From assembly GCA_963800555.1 (NCBI GenBank), contig CAWDBH010000008.1:48258-112257 (forward strand): 64,000 nucleotides of DNA, given 5' to 3'. The notes under the pieces are model-generated. The model was not told the origin of the DNA. It ran no database searches and saw nothing but the letters and a program-made list of their open reading frames with translations. Shown here piece after piece: positions 28,071 through 38,113 of the stretch (position 1 is its first letter; each line of letters opens with the position of its first letter). Both the position numbers and the translations under genes were made by a program. The stretch is from an uncultured Candidatus Micrarchaeota archaeon (GTDB lineage: Archaea > Micrarchaeota > Micrarchaeia > Anstonellales > Bilamarchaeaceae).

Positions 28071-30812
28071 ATGGATATTGACAAGAACGTTCTCCGAAAG
28101 GAATTCGCCGCTGAATGGGAGAAGCACTACAAGATAAAGGCGCTCATCGACCGCGGCTACATCAGGCAGAAGTGCGGCAAATGCGGAAGGATGTTCTGGA
28201 GCAAGCAGAAGCGCGACCTGTGCGGCGACCCCTCGTGCATCGGCTACCAGTTCATCGGAAATACGCCCGTGAAGAAGAAACTCGATTACATCGGCACCTG
28301 GAAGACGATAGAGAAGTATTTCACGAGCACGGGCCACGGCTATGTCAAGCCTTACCCGACCGTTGCAAGGTGGCGCGATGATTTGTATTTCACGATAGCT
28401 TCGATAAACGATTTCCAGCCCTATGTCGTGAACGGAGAGCTCGACCCTCCGGCAAACCCCCTCATAGTCCCGCAGCCATGCATCCGATTCCCGGATATCA
28501 GCAACGTCGGAGTGAGCGGCAGGCATTACACGAATTTCGTCATGGTCGGCCAGCATGCTTTCAACACGAAAAAAACGGGATTGTTCTACTGGAAGGACGA
28601 AGCGCTCACCCATGATATAAATTACATGAATGCCTTAGGCATCCCTGAGGAGGAGATCATCTTCCAGGAGGATGTATGGGCAGGCGGAGGGAATTTCGGC
28701 CCGTGCATAGAGTATTTCTGCCGCGGGCTGGAGCTCGGGAACTGCGTCTTCATGCAGTACGAGACGACCCCTACCGGGAGCCGGGAACTCTCCACTAAAG
28801 TGATAGATATGGGCGCGGGCCTGAGCAGGCTCGCATGGATAACCTCCGGAGAGCCGACGAGCTACGAGGTCGTCTTCGGCCCGGTGATAGACGAGATGAA
28901 GAGAAAGGCCAACGTGAAGATAGACAAGGACCTTTTCGTCAGATTCGCCAAGATATCCGGTAGCCTGAACGAGGACGAGGTGCCGGACCTGGAGAAAGAG
29001 AAGGAGCGCATAGCAGGGGTCTTGGGGATAAGCAAGAAGGAGCTCTTCGATACTCTCGAACCATTGCAGGCGCTCTACGCTTCAGCGGACCATATGTGCA
29101 CATTGCTCTTCACTGTGACAGACGGCATGCTGCCGAGCAATTCAGGCGGAGGATACAACCTGAGGATGCTTCTCCGGCGCGTGTTCGGTTTCCAGCAGCG
29201 CTTCGGCTACGATCTGGATTATGCGAAGATAATCCAAGGCCACGCGGACCATCTCGAATACATCTTCCCGCATCTCAAATATGGCGTGAATACGACACTT
29301 GATGTCATCGCCGAGGAGGAGAAACGCTACAAGGCGACTAAAGAGAAGGCCCAGAGCGTGGTATTGAACCTGGTGAAGAAAGCAAATAGCGGACCGCAGC
29401 ATAGGACTCCGGGTTCCACGAATAAAGAACGGGTTGTTTCTGGAGGGAAGATAACCGCATCCGATCTGGTAACCCTTTATCGTAGCAACGGCATCCCGCT
29501 GGACGCCGTGATAAACGTCGCCAAGGAGAACGGCGTGGAAGTGGAGGTGCCGGGCAACTTCTACCAGCTGGTGCGCGCTGCTGATGGCGAGGAGAATGTA
29601 GTCGATAATGCTCCTCAGGTGAAAGCGCTATCATCGGACCTCGCCACGATCGAGAGGACGAAACCGCTCTACTATTCGCGAGAGAAAAAATTCAGCGCCA
29701 CGGTGCTGGCTGTCGTGGCCGGGAAGTACATCGTCCTGGACCAGACCGCTTTCTATCCGGAAGGCGGTGGCCAGGTCTCCGACACAGGGACCTTAGGCGG
29801 CGCGCCAGTCACGCTCGTGACGAAGCAGGCGGGCATCGCTCTCCATTGGATGAAAGACACCTCCGGTTTCAAGATAGGGCAGAAGGTCGAGGGCGAGGTC
29901 GATCTCGCGAGGCGGACGGCGATCGCGCGCCATCACACCGCGGCGCACATGCTGAACGCAGCCTGCCGCGAGATTTTAGGCCCGCATATCTGGCAAGGCG
30001 GCTCGCACAAGGACGAGGAGAAGGCGCATCTCGATGTCACTCATTACCGGAAGATAACTTCCGAAGAGCTCGCCGACATAGAGCAGAAGGTGAACGAGTA
30101 TATCATGCGCGACATGCCTATAGTGACCGAAGTCCTTGCTAGGAACGTAGCCGAGGTCAAATACGGCTTCAGGCTCTATCAGGGCGGCGCGGTCCCTGGG
30201 AAGGAGCTGCGCGTGGTGAGCGTCGGTGACATCGACAGCGAAGCCTGCGGGGGCACGCATCACATGCTCTCGAAGACCGGGGAGATCGGCTGCTTCAAGG
30301 TCGTCAAGCGCGAGAGCGTCCAGGACGGCATCGAGCGCATAACCTACAAATGCGGCTCCGTGGCAATCACATACATGCAGGAGCGCGAGCGGATGCTCAA
30401 GGAGGCCGCGGATGTCGTCTCCGTCCCTGAAGGGGAGCTCAAGCGGACGGTAGAAAAATTCTTCGATGAGTGGAAATCGCAGCGCAAAAAGATCGAGGAG
30501 CTGACAGAGCTGCTCGTCCATGAGGAAGCCAAAGAACTATTATCCGAATCTGAAGGGAAACCCGTGATGAAGGTTCTCGACTTGGATGACGCATCCCTGC
30601 GCAAGCTCGCTACTAAGGTAGCTGAAAGCGAGCGTTCGGCAGCCTGTTTACTGAATAAAACCGGCACGATAGTCTGCGGAGCCGGTAAATCTTCCGGTCA
30701 GAGCGCGAAAGCAATGCTGGACAAGGCTCTTGCCGCGCTAGGCGGCTCGGGTGGTGGGAACGAGAGAATCGCACAGGGCAAGGCGAAGAAGGTAGGCGTG
30801 GTCGGGCTCTGA
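28071..30812 (+). CDS. alaS: alanyl-tRNA synthetase
   Basis: Archaeal AlaRS N-terminus and HTAAHMLN editing-domain motif; ATG at 28071 (the track TTG is at 28062). Confidence 0.9.
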   Translation: MDIDKNVLRKEFAAEWEKHYKIKALIDRGYIRQKCGKCGRMFWSKQKRDLCGDPSCIGYQFIGNTPVKKKLDYIGTWKTIEKYFTSTGHGYVKPYPTVARWRDDLYFTIASINDFQPYVVNGELDPPANPLIVPQPCIRFPDISNVGVSGRHYTNFVMVGQHAFNTKKTGLFYWKDEALTHDINYMNALGIPEEEIIFQEDVWAGGGNFGPCIEYFCRGLELGNCVFMQYETTPTGSRELSTKVIDMGAGLSRLAWITSGEPTSYEVVFGPVIDEMKRKANVKIDKDLFVRFAKISGSLNEDEVPDLEKEKERIAGVLGISKKELFDTLEPLQALYASADHMCTLLFTVTDGMLPSNSGGGYNLRMLLRRVFGFQQRFGYDLDYAKIIQGHADHLEYIFPHLKYGVNTTLDVIAEEEKRYKATKEKAQSVVLNLVKKANSGPQHRTPGSTNKERVVSGGKITASDLVTLYRSNGIPLDAVINVAKENGVEVEVPGNFYQLVRAADGEENVVDNAPQVKALSSDLATIERTKPLYYSREKKFSATVLAVVAGKYIVLDQTAFYPEGGGQVSDTGTLGGAPVTLVTKQAGIALHWMKDTSGFKIGQKVEGEVDLARRTAIARHHTAAHMLNAACREILGPHIWQGGSHKDEEKAHLDVTHYRKITSEELADIEQKVNEYIMRDMPIVTEVLARNVAEVKYGFRLYQGGAVPGKELRVVSVGDIDSEACGGTHHMLSKTGEIGCFKVVKRESVQDGIERITYKCGSVAITYMQERERMLKEAADVVSVPEGELKRTVEKFFDEWKSQRKKIEELTELLVHEEAKELLSESEGKPVMKVLDLDDASLRKLATKVAESERSAACLLNKTGTIVCGAGKSSGQSAKAMLDKALAALGGSGGGNERIAQGKAKKVGVVGL

Positions 30813-30866
30813 GCGAAATAAATCTTTTTATAAATTCTCCCCACAATATTATATTTAAAGAAACAG

Positions 30867-32147
30867 GTGGGTCGGCTGGAAAAACGCAAACTGTCTTGGG
30901 AGAGCTATCGTGGTGCCAGGTCGATCCCTGGCCTTACCACCAGTTCGGTCGCGAAGATGATTCTCGGAGACCATTCGTTTGCGGTTCCTGATTTCCGGAA
31001 AGCGAAGCCAGAGCCGGACAGGATAAAAAAAGCCCCTTATCATATCCTGCTTAATATAGTGCAATCGGATGGCTCGCCAGGCCATTCATCAGTCGAGTGG
31101 TGCAAGGACTCTTGCTTCAGCATCACAATAGGCAATCGTGAGGGTTCAGATTATCGTGTAGAGGGCGAAAATGTCGCGAAGGATCAAGCCCGAATCGATA
31201 TGACCGAGTCGGGTTGCCATATAACACACCTCGGTTCATCCCATGGCACTTTCGTCAATGGGGAGAAAGTCCACAAGCGCATTCTCAGGGAAGGCAACAG
31301 GATAACGGTAGGATCCGTGACGTTCGAGGTAACTATAGTAAAATATAGAATCAATGCGCCGACTCCGGATCCGTCCGCGCATAAATATTCTATCGCTCTA
31401 GGCAGTCTTGATCGCCGCGGTTCGATCCTCGATACGATATTGCAGGTATTCCAATTCGATGAACCGGTCATCAAAGTAGGCAGACTCCCGAGTTCACATC
31501 TTCGTGCAGTTCACGATTCGGTTTCGAGGATGCATGCCGTCTTGGAAAAGACCGAGGGGGGCTGGATGGTAATAGACCTAGGTTCCACTCAAGGCACCCG
31601 TGTCAATGGAGAGAGGATCAACAAATGCCTACTCAAGAAAGGCAACACGGTAAAATTCGGAGACGTGCCGTATGAGATATTGGAGCTAAATGAAGCCGTT
31701 CCATCTGCGTCTGCTCCGCATGTTGCTGCGCCACCAACTATGGCCGAGGGATCCTTGCAGCCTTTGCCATCTATTCCTGTAGCCCCTCCAGTTGAAGAGG
31801 AATGCCACCTGTCGGTACGCGCTCCAATAAACACGAGCAGATTCTCGATTGGGCTTTCCGAAATCAAATCGGACGGCTCGAGATTCGAGGATATCACGGT
31901 ATATGGTTCTGAACGAGTCATCAAAGTGGGCAAGCTCATGAGTTCGCATGCTTACATCGATCACGAATCGGTTTCGAGGATGCACGCGGTCATAGAAATG
32001 AATGGTTCTGAATGCGTATTAATCGACCTCGGTTCCACCCGCGGCACTTATATCAACGGAGAGCAAATCGCCAAATGCGTGCTCAAGCAAGGCGACAAGA
32101 TAAAGTTCGGGGATGTGTCGTTCGAGGTAACGCAGATAAATTATTGA
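30867..32147 (+). CDS. protein with three FHA domains
   Basis: Three repeats of ...(I/V)(G/K)(R/K)...S..V...VSRMHAV(L/I)E......(L/V)IDLGS(T/S).GT.(V/I)NGE.I.K..LK.G..(I/V)KFGDV..E(V/I). GTG start in the track; an in-frame ATG at 30957 is an alternative start. Confidence 0.7.
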   Translation: MGRLEKRKLSWESYRGARSIPGLTTSSVAKMILGDHSFAVPDFRKAKPEPDRIKKAPYHILLNIVQSDGSPGHSSVEWCKDSCFSITIGNREGSDYRVEGENVAKDQARIDMTESGCHITHLGSSHGTFVNGEKVHKRILREGNRITVGSVTFEVTIVKYRINAPTPDPSAHKYSIALGSLDRRGSILDTILQVFQFDEPVIKVGRLPSSHLRAVHDSVSRMHAVLEKTEGGWMVIDLGSTQGTRVNGERINKCLLKKGNTVKFGDVPYEILELNEAVPSASAPHVAAPPTMAEGSLQPLPSIPVAPPVEEECHLSVRAPINTSRFSIGLSEIKSDGSRFEDITVYGSERVIKVGKLMSSHAYIDHESVSRMHAVIEMNGSECVLIDLGSTRGTYINGEQIAKCVLKQGDKIKFGDVSFEVTQINY

Positions 32148-32153
32148 ACCGAT

Positions 32154-32882
32154 TCAAGCTTTGAACAGCAGCTTCGGCTTCTCCAGGAACGTGAACTTCT
32201 CCGGCGCCTCTTCGACTTCTGCCAGGATGTCCTTGCACGAGAACCCGTATCTCGCGTTCAGCTCCTTCGCGGTAATCCTGTCGCTCACCCGCACTATATA
32301 GCTCCCGTTCTGCTCGATATCGCCGTCTTTGAGCAGATAGTATGCGGCGCCGTGGTTCTCATCATATTCATCATACATCGATTCGAACCGGTCATAGACG
32401 AGATTCGAGAGGATCAGCGGCTCGTTCCCGTCATTGACCGTAACGTGGCCGTAGCCAGGCGGTAGCAGGAGCACTTCACCTTCCTTCGCTTTCACTATAA
32501 GCGCGTCCACGGTGCCGTTCTTGTTCTTCTTCTGGAGTATGAAGACCGCGCTTCCCCGCACGACCTGGTATATCTCGGGGTAAGCCATCCCGTCCTCGCT
32601 CCCTGGGTGGTAATGCCCGTGCGTTTTGGGCAGTTCATCCCCGAAAGGCGTGGGCGGTATTATCGTGATATCGAAGCGCATCGCTCCGCTCTGGTGGACC
32701 TTCCGATACATGTAATAGGCGTCCATGTTGCCGAGCCCTTCGGAATAGTTCCGCAGGGTCTTCCTCATCTCTCGCAATGTACGCGTGGTGCGCGGATGCT
32801 GGGCGCCATTCACAAATAGGTTGATGCCCACCAATTCTATCTTCGCGGGAGTCTCATATAATACCATGGCCATTCTCCACAA
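32154..32882 (-). CDS. pgiA: cupin-type glucose-6-phosphate isomerase (cPGI)
   Basis: THGHYHP and PPGYGHVTVN metal-binding motifs as in Pyrococcus cPGI. Confidence 0.7.
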   Translation of the reverse strand: MWRMAMVLYETPAKIELVGINLFVNGAQHPRTTRTLREMRKTLRNYSEGLGNMDAYYMYRKVHQSGAMRFDITIIPPTPFGDELPKTHGHYHPGSEDGMAYPEIYQVVRGSAVFILQKKNKNGTVDALIVKAKEGEVLLLPPGYGHVTVNDGNEPLILSNLVYDRFESMYDEYDENHGAAYYLLKDGDIEQNGSYIVRVSDRITAKELNARYGFSCKDILAEVEEAPEKFTFLEKPKLLFKA

Positions 32883-33264
32883 CCCCCTTCATCCTTCCGA
32901 ACTCGCCGCGCATGGCGAGCGGTTTCTTGACTCTTATCTTCTGTTTCTCGAATTTATAAATGAGAAGCTTGAGGAATATCAAAAATTGCGTGTTCTTCTG
33001 CTTCCTGGCGTCGAATTCCTTCTCAATCTTGCGCATCGTCTTGAGCGACGCCATCAGATAGGAGAGGTCGATGAAGCCGTTGCCGTTCCACTGGCGTATC
33101 TCCTCGTACATCAGCATGCGTATCAAGCCGAGCTGAGCACGCAGCTTCTTGGAGGCGGCGTCATTCCCTTCTATTCCACTGCTTATGGTCTTGAGGGTGT
33201 ATGCCAGCGTCTCCCATTCTGCTTCAGCAAGGCTATCGCTTATGCTAATGGGAGGAGAACCCAT
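32854..33264 (-). CDS. hypothetical protein
   Basis: 136-aa ORF whose 3' end overlaps the cPGI start by 29 nt; start uncertain. Confidence 0.3.
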   Translation of the reverse strand: MGSPPISISDSLAEAEWETLAYTLKTISSGIEGNDAASKKLRAQLGLIRMLMYEEIRQWNGNGFIDLSYLMASLKTMRKIEKEFDARKQKNTQFLIFLKLLIYKFEKQKIRVKKPLAMRGEFGRMKGVVENGHGII

Positions 33265-33430
33265 GGGGTTAGAATTGGTGCAATAATCTTATTAATCCGA
33301 GTGAGATTCATGCGATCAGTGATTTGAATACCGCTCTTTTGGCGGGTCCCATCCATACTCTTGACCGGGGTGGCTTTCTGTGTCAGGTGCAAGCACAACT
33401 TTTTAAATAATCTGACACAATTGTCAATAC

Positions 33431-34207
33431 ATGCAAGATTATATTCGGCGACACGACGGGTCAGTCGCGCGCGACAAACGATCCGAAGCCAGAAAGATCG
33501 CCAGGATGTGGCCTGATTTCGTCAACATAGAGAAGAGGATGGGGAAGGAGGCCCAGTTCCTGGCGAGCCAGCTCTCTGGGAGAAACCGTATGGTTTTCGA
33601 TTCCTGCCTCGGCTGCGGGGCGACCACCATAGGGCTGAGGCTGAATAAAGTCGCGAACGTGCTTTCGAACGAGATAGACCCCAACATGCTTGACGTCGCG
33701 GTTGCGGAAGCCCGGGCAAGAGGCGTGCGGATAAAAGCGCTTTCATACGACTGGAGGGACATCCCGCCGCATCTGCATGGCATGTTCAGCATGGTCACGT
33801 GCCTGGGGAACTCTCTCACCTTGGTTTTCGAGAGGGAAGGGCGCCTCAGGACGCTCCGGAACTTCGCATCTCTGCTTGACCCTAAAGGAGCGCTAGTCAT
33901 CGATGAGCGGAATTATCCCAGCATACTCGAAGGGAGGTTCAATCCCAGCGGCGACTACGTCTATTGCGGGCTCGACAAGGTGGTCTGCAGGCTCGTGAGG
34001 GCATCTCCCGAATCGGTCGTCATGGAGTACAAGCACCTGGGGATAGGGGATGTCGTGCAGCTCGAGATGTATCCGTTCAAAAGTGGCGAACTCATCGGCC
34101 TACTGAGGGAAGCGGGATTCAGTCGGATCCAAGTTTTCGGGGATTACAAGGAAGAGCCGTTTCACACCGGAGACGTCGAGTTCTTCACGTACGTGGCGCG
34201 TAAATGA
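33431..34207 (+). CDS. class I SAM-dependent methyltransferase
   Basis: VFDSCLGCGATT (motif I) ...LSNEID (motif II) ...CLGNSL. Confidence 0.7.
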   Translation: MQDYIRRHDGSVARDKRSEARKIARMWPDFVNIEKRMGKEAQFLASQLSGRNRMVFDSCLGCGATTIGLRLNKVANVLSNEIDPNMLDVAVAEARARGVRIKALSYDWRDIPPHLHGMFSMVTCLGNSLTLVFEREGRLRTLRNFASLLDPKGALVIDERNYPSILEGRFNPSGDYVYCGLDKVVCRLVRASPESVVMEYKHLGIGDVVQLEMYPFKSGELIGLLREAGFSRIQVFGDYKEEPFHTGDVEFFTYVARK

Positions 34208-34234
34208 GAATAAATTCCATTGAGGAAAATAAAA

Positions 34235-34307
34235 TAGCCCCGATCGGATTCGAACCGATGTCAAAAGGTCCAGAGCCTTCTATCCTTGACCACTAGACGA
34301 CGGGGCT
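34235..34307 (-). tRNA. tRNA-Gln (CUG)
   Basis: AGCCCCG acceptor, anticodon arm GAAGG-CTCTGGA-CCTTT, T-arm ATCGG-TTCGAAT-CCGAT, and a T-rich tail. Confidence 0.8.
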
Positions 34308-34389
34308 AAGTAGCAACAACACTTTATCTCCCAAAGTGATTTAAAGTTACGGGACTGCCGGACAAACGAAGCCGATCATTCCATTGAAC

Positions 34390-34662
34390 TCATTGCATCT
34401 TCATTGCCGCTACCCCTATCAGGCCTATGATGAGGGCGCTGCCGCAGCAGCCTGAGCTGGATGAACCACCGGAGCAGCTGTCCGTGCATGACAGGTAATC
34501 GCTGTACGCCGAAGTGCCTGGGTCGAGATCGCAGGTGTTATCCCCGCTGACCCATCCCCCGCCGTTGTTTATGCAGCAGTTTTGTTGGCATCCCGTCCCT
34601 GCGGCATGGACGAGCCCCGCCCCAACGATCATCAGCAGCACGATTATCCCAGGAAGCTTCAT
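34390..34662 (-). CDS. small secreted Cys-rich protein with a C-terminal hydrophobic anchor
   Basis: Signal peptide, about 11 Cys in 90 aa, a Gly/Ser-rich stretch, and a C-terminal ALIIGLIGVAAMKMQ. Confidence 0.45.
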   Translation of the reverse strand: MKLPGIIVLLMIVGAGLVHAAGTGCQQNCCINNGGGWVSGDNTCDLDPGTSAYSDYLSCTDSCSGGSSSSGCCGSALIIGLIGVAAMKMQ

Positions 34663-35016
34663 GCAACCAATCTAAGACTAAAGGAATAAATCCCTTTCCC
34701 AATCCTGTCTGGCCGGCGCTTCGCATGATGCGCTAAACGCCCAAATGCCCGATTCTGTTACAAACATATAAATAGTGCGAAACTTGCAGTCTGCATACCA
34801 AAGAAGGTGTCAACGGTGGTGAACGGCAGGGATTTGCTTCATAGGTCTTCGTGATCCCCAGCCCAGCGAAACTTATTCTATAATCCATCATAAGCATTGA
34901 GATTCAGCCTCAGCGAGAATCTCCATTGATCTTTTCACATCAGCAAAAGCCATAGAAAAAACAGGAGGTGTAGCATATGAAACAAGGAAGGGATTTACTT
35001 CATAAGGAAAGATAAG

Positions 35017-35847
35017 TTGGTCATAGCGGTACCGAACAAAGGAAGGGTGAAGGAGCCGTCATTCAGGCTCCTAGAAGAGATCGGCATAAGGGCCAATATG
35101 GCGGACGAGCGCAGGCTCATCCTCCCGACGTCGAGGCAAGGCGTGAGCGTGCTGCTTGTGCGCTCGATGGACATTCCGCTGATGGTGGAACGCGGGGCAG
35201 CAGATATCGGGATAGCCGGACAGGATGCGATAGCCGAGCGGGGCGCGGAAGTGGAAGAGCTCGTAGTTCTCGATTTCGGATCCTGCAAAGTAGCTTTGGC
35301 AGCTTCGAGGGATGTCAAGACTCCCAGATGCATCGCCACAGCGCTGCCGCGCATCACCGAAAGATACTGCAAAGGGAGACGCCTCAAGGCCGATATTTTG
35401 GAGCTTCAGGGCGCGCTCGAATCTGCGCCGATGCTCGGCATAGCGGATTCTATAGTGGACCAGGTCGCCACAGGGACGACGCTGAGGGAGAACAAGCTCC
35501 GAATCCTGGACGTGATAATGGAAACAAGAATATTCCTGATCGGGAATCCGGTTTCCGTGAGGGAGAAAGCGTCTGAAATAAGCCAGATATCTCTATGCGT
35601 GGGCGGCGTCCTAGAGGCGAAGAAACGGATGTACATGCGGCTGAATGCAGCGACCGATGCGATACGCGATAAGGTGTCCGGCATCCTGCCTGCGATGAAA
35701 AGTCCTGATATCAGCGACCTTGTGGGGGGCGGCTATGTGCTTGCGGCTGCAGTGCCTAAGAAAGGGATCGAGGACCTGGTCGTCCGGCTCAAAGCGGCGG
35801 GCGCTTCCGACATAATCGTGGAATCGCTCAGGATGATAATTCCGTGA
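35017..35847 (+). CDS. hisG: ATP phosphoribosyltransferase (long form)
   Basis: (M)VIAVPNKGRV... with a C-terminal regulatory domain; TTG start. Confidence 0.85.
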   Translation: MVIAVPNKGRVKEPSFRLLEEIGIRANMADERRLILPTSRQGVSVLLVRSMDIPLMVERGAADIGIAGQDAIAERGAEVEELVVLDFGSCKVALAASRDVKTPRCIATALPRITERYCKGRRLKADILELQGALESAPMLGIADSIVDQVATGTTLRENKLRILDVIMETRIFLIGNPVSVREKASEISQISLCVGGVLEAKKRMYMRLNAATDAIRDKVSGILPAMKSPDISDLVGGGYVLAAAVPKKGIEDLVVRLKAAGASDIIVESLRMIIP

Positions 35848-35848
35848 G

Positions 35849-36262
35849 GTGATGATGATGAGAAAACTACGGCAGCAGAGAGAAATGAAACTTCCTGACC
35901 CGGCGAAGGTCTTCGGGAGGAGGGACATCGATTCTATCCTGAGGCAGTCCGGCCCGAGCGCTCTAGCGATGCAATTCGAGACTGCCGCGATACGGGAGCG
36001 CCAGCGGAATCCGGACCCTTCCTCATACACGTCCAAGCTCCTTGGAGATCCGAGGAAAATAAGGAAAAAAATCATAGAGGAGGCCGTGGAGCTGATAACC
36101 GCGCGCGGGAAGAATATGATCTGGGAGGCGGCGGATCTGCTCTATTTCGTCCAGCTCTACCTAGTGGACCGGGGAGTGGAAATCGAGGATGTGCTCGGCG
36201 AGATCATGCGGCGCAGGGTGAGCGAAAAGAAGAACGAGCGCTACAGTCCCATCCCGAAGTGA
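35849..36262 (+). CDS. hisE: phosphoribosyl-ATP pyrophosphatase
   Basis: ...IWEAADLLYFVQLYL..GVEIEDVLGEI.RR; an N-terminal extension, so the start may be the later MKLPD. Confidence 0.7.
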   Translation: MMMMRKLRQQREMKLPDPAKVFGRRDIDSILRQSGPSALAMQFETAAIRERQRNPDPSSYTSKLLGDPRKIRKKIIEEAVELITARGKNMIWEAADLLYFVQLYLVDRGVEIEDVLGEIMRRRVSEKKNERYSPIPK

Positions 36263-36303
36263 TTACCCTCTAAAACCTTGCTCCAGAATAGGGATGGATA
36301 CTC

Positions 36304-37548
36304 ATGTCGACCAAACTCACTCCGAAAGGCATGCGGGACATCGGGCCCGAGGAGATGTTCGTCCGCGAAGAGGTAATAAGCAAAATCAGGACGACCTTCC
36401 AGTCCTACGGCTACCGGCCAATAGAGACGCCTGCGATGGAATATCTGGAGACGATGCGGGCCAAAGCGGGGCAGGAAGTCGACAAGCAGATCTTCGTCAT
36501 CGACGGCGATGAATACGGCCTGCGTTTCGACCTAACGGTGCCGCTCGCGCGCTTCGCGGCGTCCGCGGATGTGCCAAAGCCGTTCAAGCGCTATGCTATA
36601 GATGTCGTCTGGAGGAAGGAGGAGCCGCAGCGCGGCCGCTTCAGGGAATTCTACCAGGCGGATGCCGACATAATCGGGAGCGGTTCCATGAGATGCGAAG
36701 CAGAGCTGCTTTCGCTCGCACGCGATGTCTGCATCGCGTTCGGATTCGACAAACCGAAAATCATGCTGAACAACAGGAAGATACTGGACGGCATAGCGGC
36801 GAGCGTCGGCGTCGAAGGCGAAGAGCGCGCCGAAATGTTCCGGGTGCTAGATAAACTCGACAAGATCGGAGAAGAGGAAGTCGAGAAGCTGCTTCGCGAG
36901 ATATTGGGGAAGAAGGCGGACCAGCTAATCAAGGTGATATGGGCCAAAGGCGATAACGAGAAGAAACTCGCCATGGCGGCCAAATACAGCGAGGAGGGCG
37001 TCAAGGAGATGAAGGAGATACTCGCATTGTGCGATTTCCCGATCGAGTTCGACCTTTTCCTCGTCCGCGGCCTCGGCTATTACACCGGGCCGGTCTACGA
37101 GATAAAGCTGAGCGATGATATCGGTACCGTGATGGCCGGAGGCCGCTACGACAACCTTCTCGGAGTGTATGGTCAGCCATCCCCGGCGGTGGGTATCTCG
37201 GTCGGTATAGAGCGCTTGATAACCTTGATAGGAGAGCAGAAGAAGGGCGGAACTAAAAAGACCGACACGGTCGTTTTCGTTGCTGCAGTCAAATCAGAAT
37301 TCTATTCATATGCCGTAGAAGTGGCTGCAAAATTTCGTGCAATGGGCATAGAATGCGAAACAGACCTTAACGAACGCAACTTGAGGAAGCAGTTTGATTA
37401 TGCGAACTCCCTGTCAATCCCGTTCGTCGCAGTTGTCGGCGAGCGCGAGAAGAGCGAGAAGAAAGTCACGCTGCGCGACATGAAGGGTGGGAAAGAGGAG
37501 AGCCTGAAGATAGAGGACGCGATTGAAAGACTTCGTTCAATAAAATGA
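36304..37548 (+). CDS. hisS: histidyl-tRNA synthetase
   Basis: Class II aaRS motifs; 414 aa. Confidence 0.9.
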   Translation: MSTKLTPKGMRDIGPEEMFVREEVISKIRTTFQSYGYRPIETPAMEYLETMRAKAGQEVDKQIFVIDGDEYGLRFDLTVPLARFAASADVPKPFKRYAIDVVWRKEEPQRGRFREFYQADADIIGSGSMRCEAELLSLARDVCIAFGFDKPKIMLNNRKILDGIAASVGVEGEERAEMFRVLDKLDKIGEEEVEKLLREILGKKADQLIKVIWAKGDNEKKLAMAAKYSEEGVKEMKEILALCDFPIEFDLFLVRGLGYYTGPVYEIKLSDDIGTVMAGGRYDNLLGVYGQPSPAVGISVGIERLITLIGEQKKGGTKKTDTVVFVAAVKSEFYSYAVEVAAKFRAMGIECETDLNERNLRKQFDYANSLSIPFVAVVGEREKSEKKVTLRDMKGGKEESLKIEDAIERLRSIK

Positions 37549-37585
37549 ACGATGATTCAATATTTTGAACGATGGAGATTGAAAA

Positions 37586-38113
37586 ATGACCCTTGAGATA
37601 CGCTCCATGATAGTGCGGGACAAGCAGGCCTTCGTGCAGAAGGACGGCATGATGCGCCTGATAGGCAAGCCCATAGATGTCGCGAAGAAATGGACGGAGC
37701 AGGGCTGCAAGCTCATACACATAATCGATTCCGATGCGCAGAAGGGCATGTCGACCAACCTCGACATATACGACAATCTCACCTATTTCGTGAACGTCCA
37801 GGTGGAGTGCGCCCCCGTGCCCGCGATATTCACCAAGCTCCTGACGCTAAAATGCCGGATCGTCCTCCCCCCTTCCGCCGGCGCTTCCATAGCCGCGATG
37901 GCCGAGAAGAAGCTCCTTGTCGCGAAGATAGCCTCCGGTTCCTCTGTGAAAGATGCGGAGCTCAAGCCATTCCACGATGTCATATTGGAGGATGCGGACG
38001 ACGCATCCGTGGAACGGTTCGATTCCCTGGGGAAGAGGGTCATAATCTACGAGAAGGACAAGGGCAAGCTGAAAAACATGAAAAAGGTATGGGGCGTCAT
38101 TTCGACTTCTTGA
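37586..38113 (+). CDS. short HisA/HisF-like TIM-barrel-family protein (175 aa; possible half-barrel or degenerate copy)
   Basis: IRSMIVRDKQAFVQKDG... KPIDVAKKWTEQGCKLIHIIDSDAQKG ...VNVQVECAPVP align with HisA strands 1-3, but the GGG phosphate-binding motif is lost and the length fits only about 4-5 beta-alpha units. Confidence 0.45.
   Translation: MTLEIRSMIVRDKQAFVQKDGMMRLIGKPIDVAKKWTEQGCKLIHIIDSDAQKGMSTNLDIYDNLTYFVNVQVECAPVPAIFTKLLTLKCRIVLPPSAGASIAAMAEKKLLVAKIASGSSVKDAELKPFHDVILEDADDASVERFDSLGKRVIIYEKDKGKLKNMKKVWGVISTS

Noticed and set aside
32785-33327. Plus-strand 180-aa ORF
   Set aside because: Antisense to the cPGI 5' end and to ORF 32854..33264; low-complexity translation.
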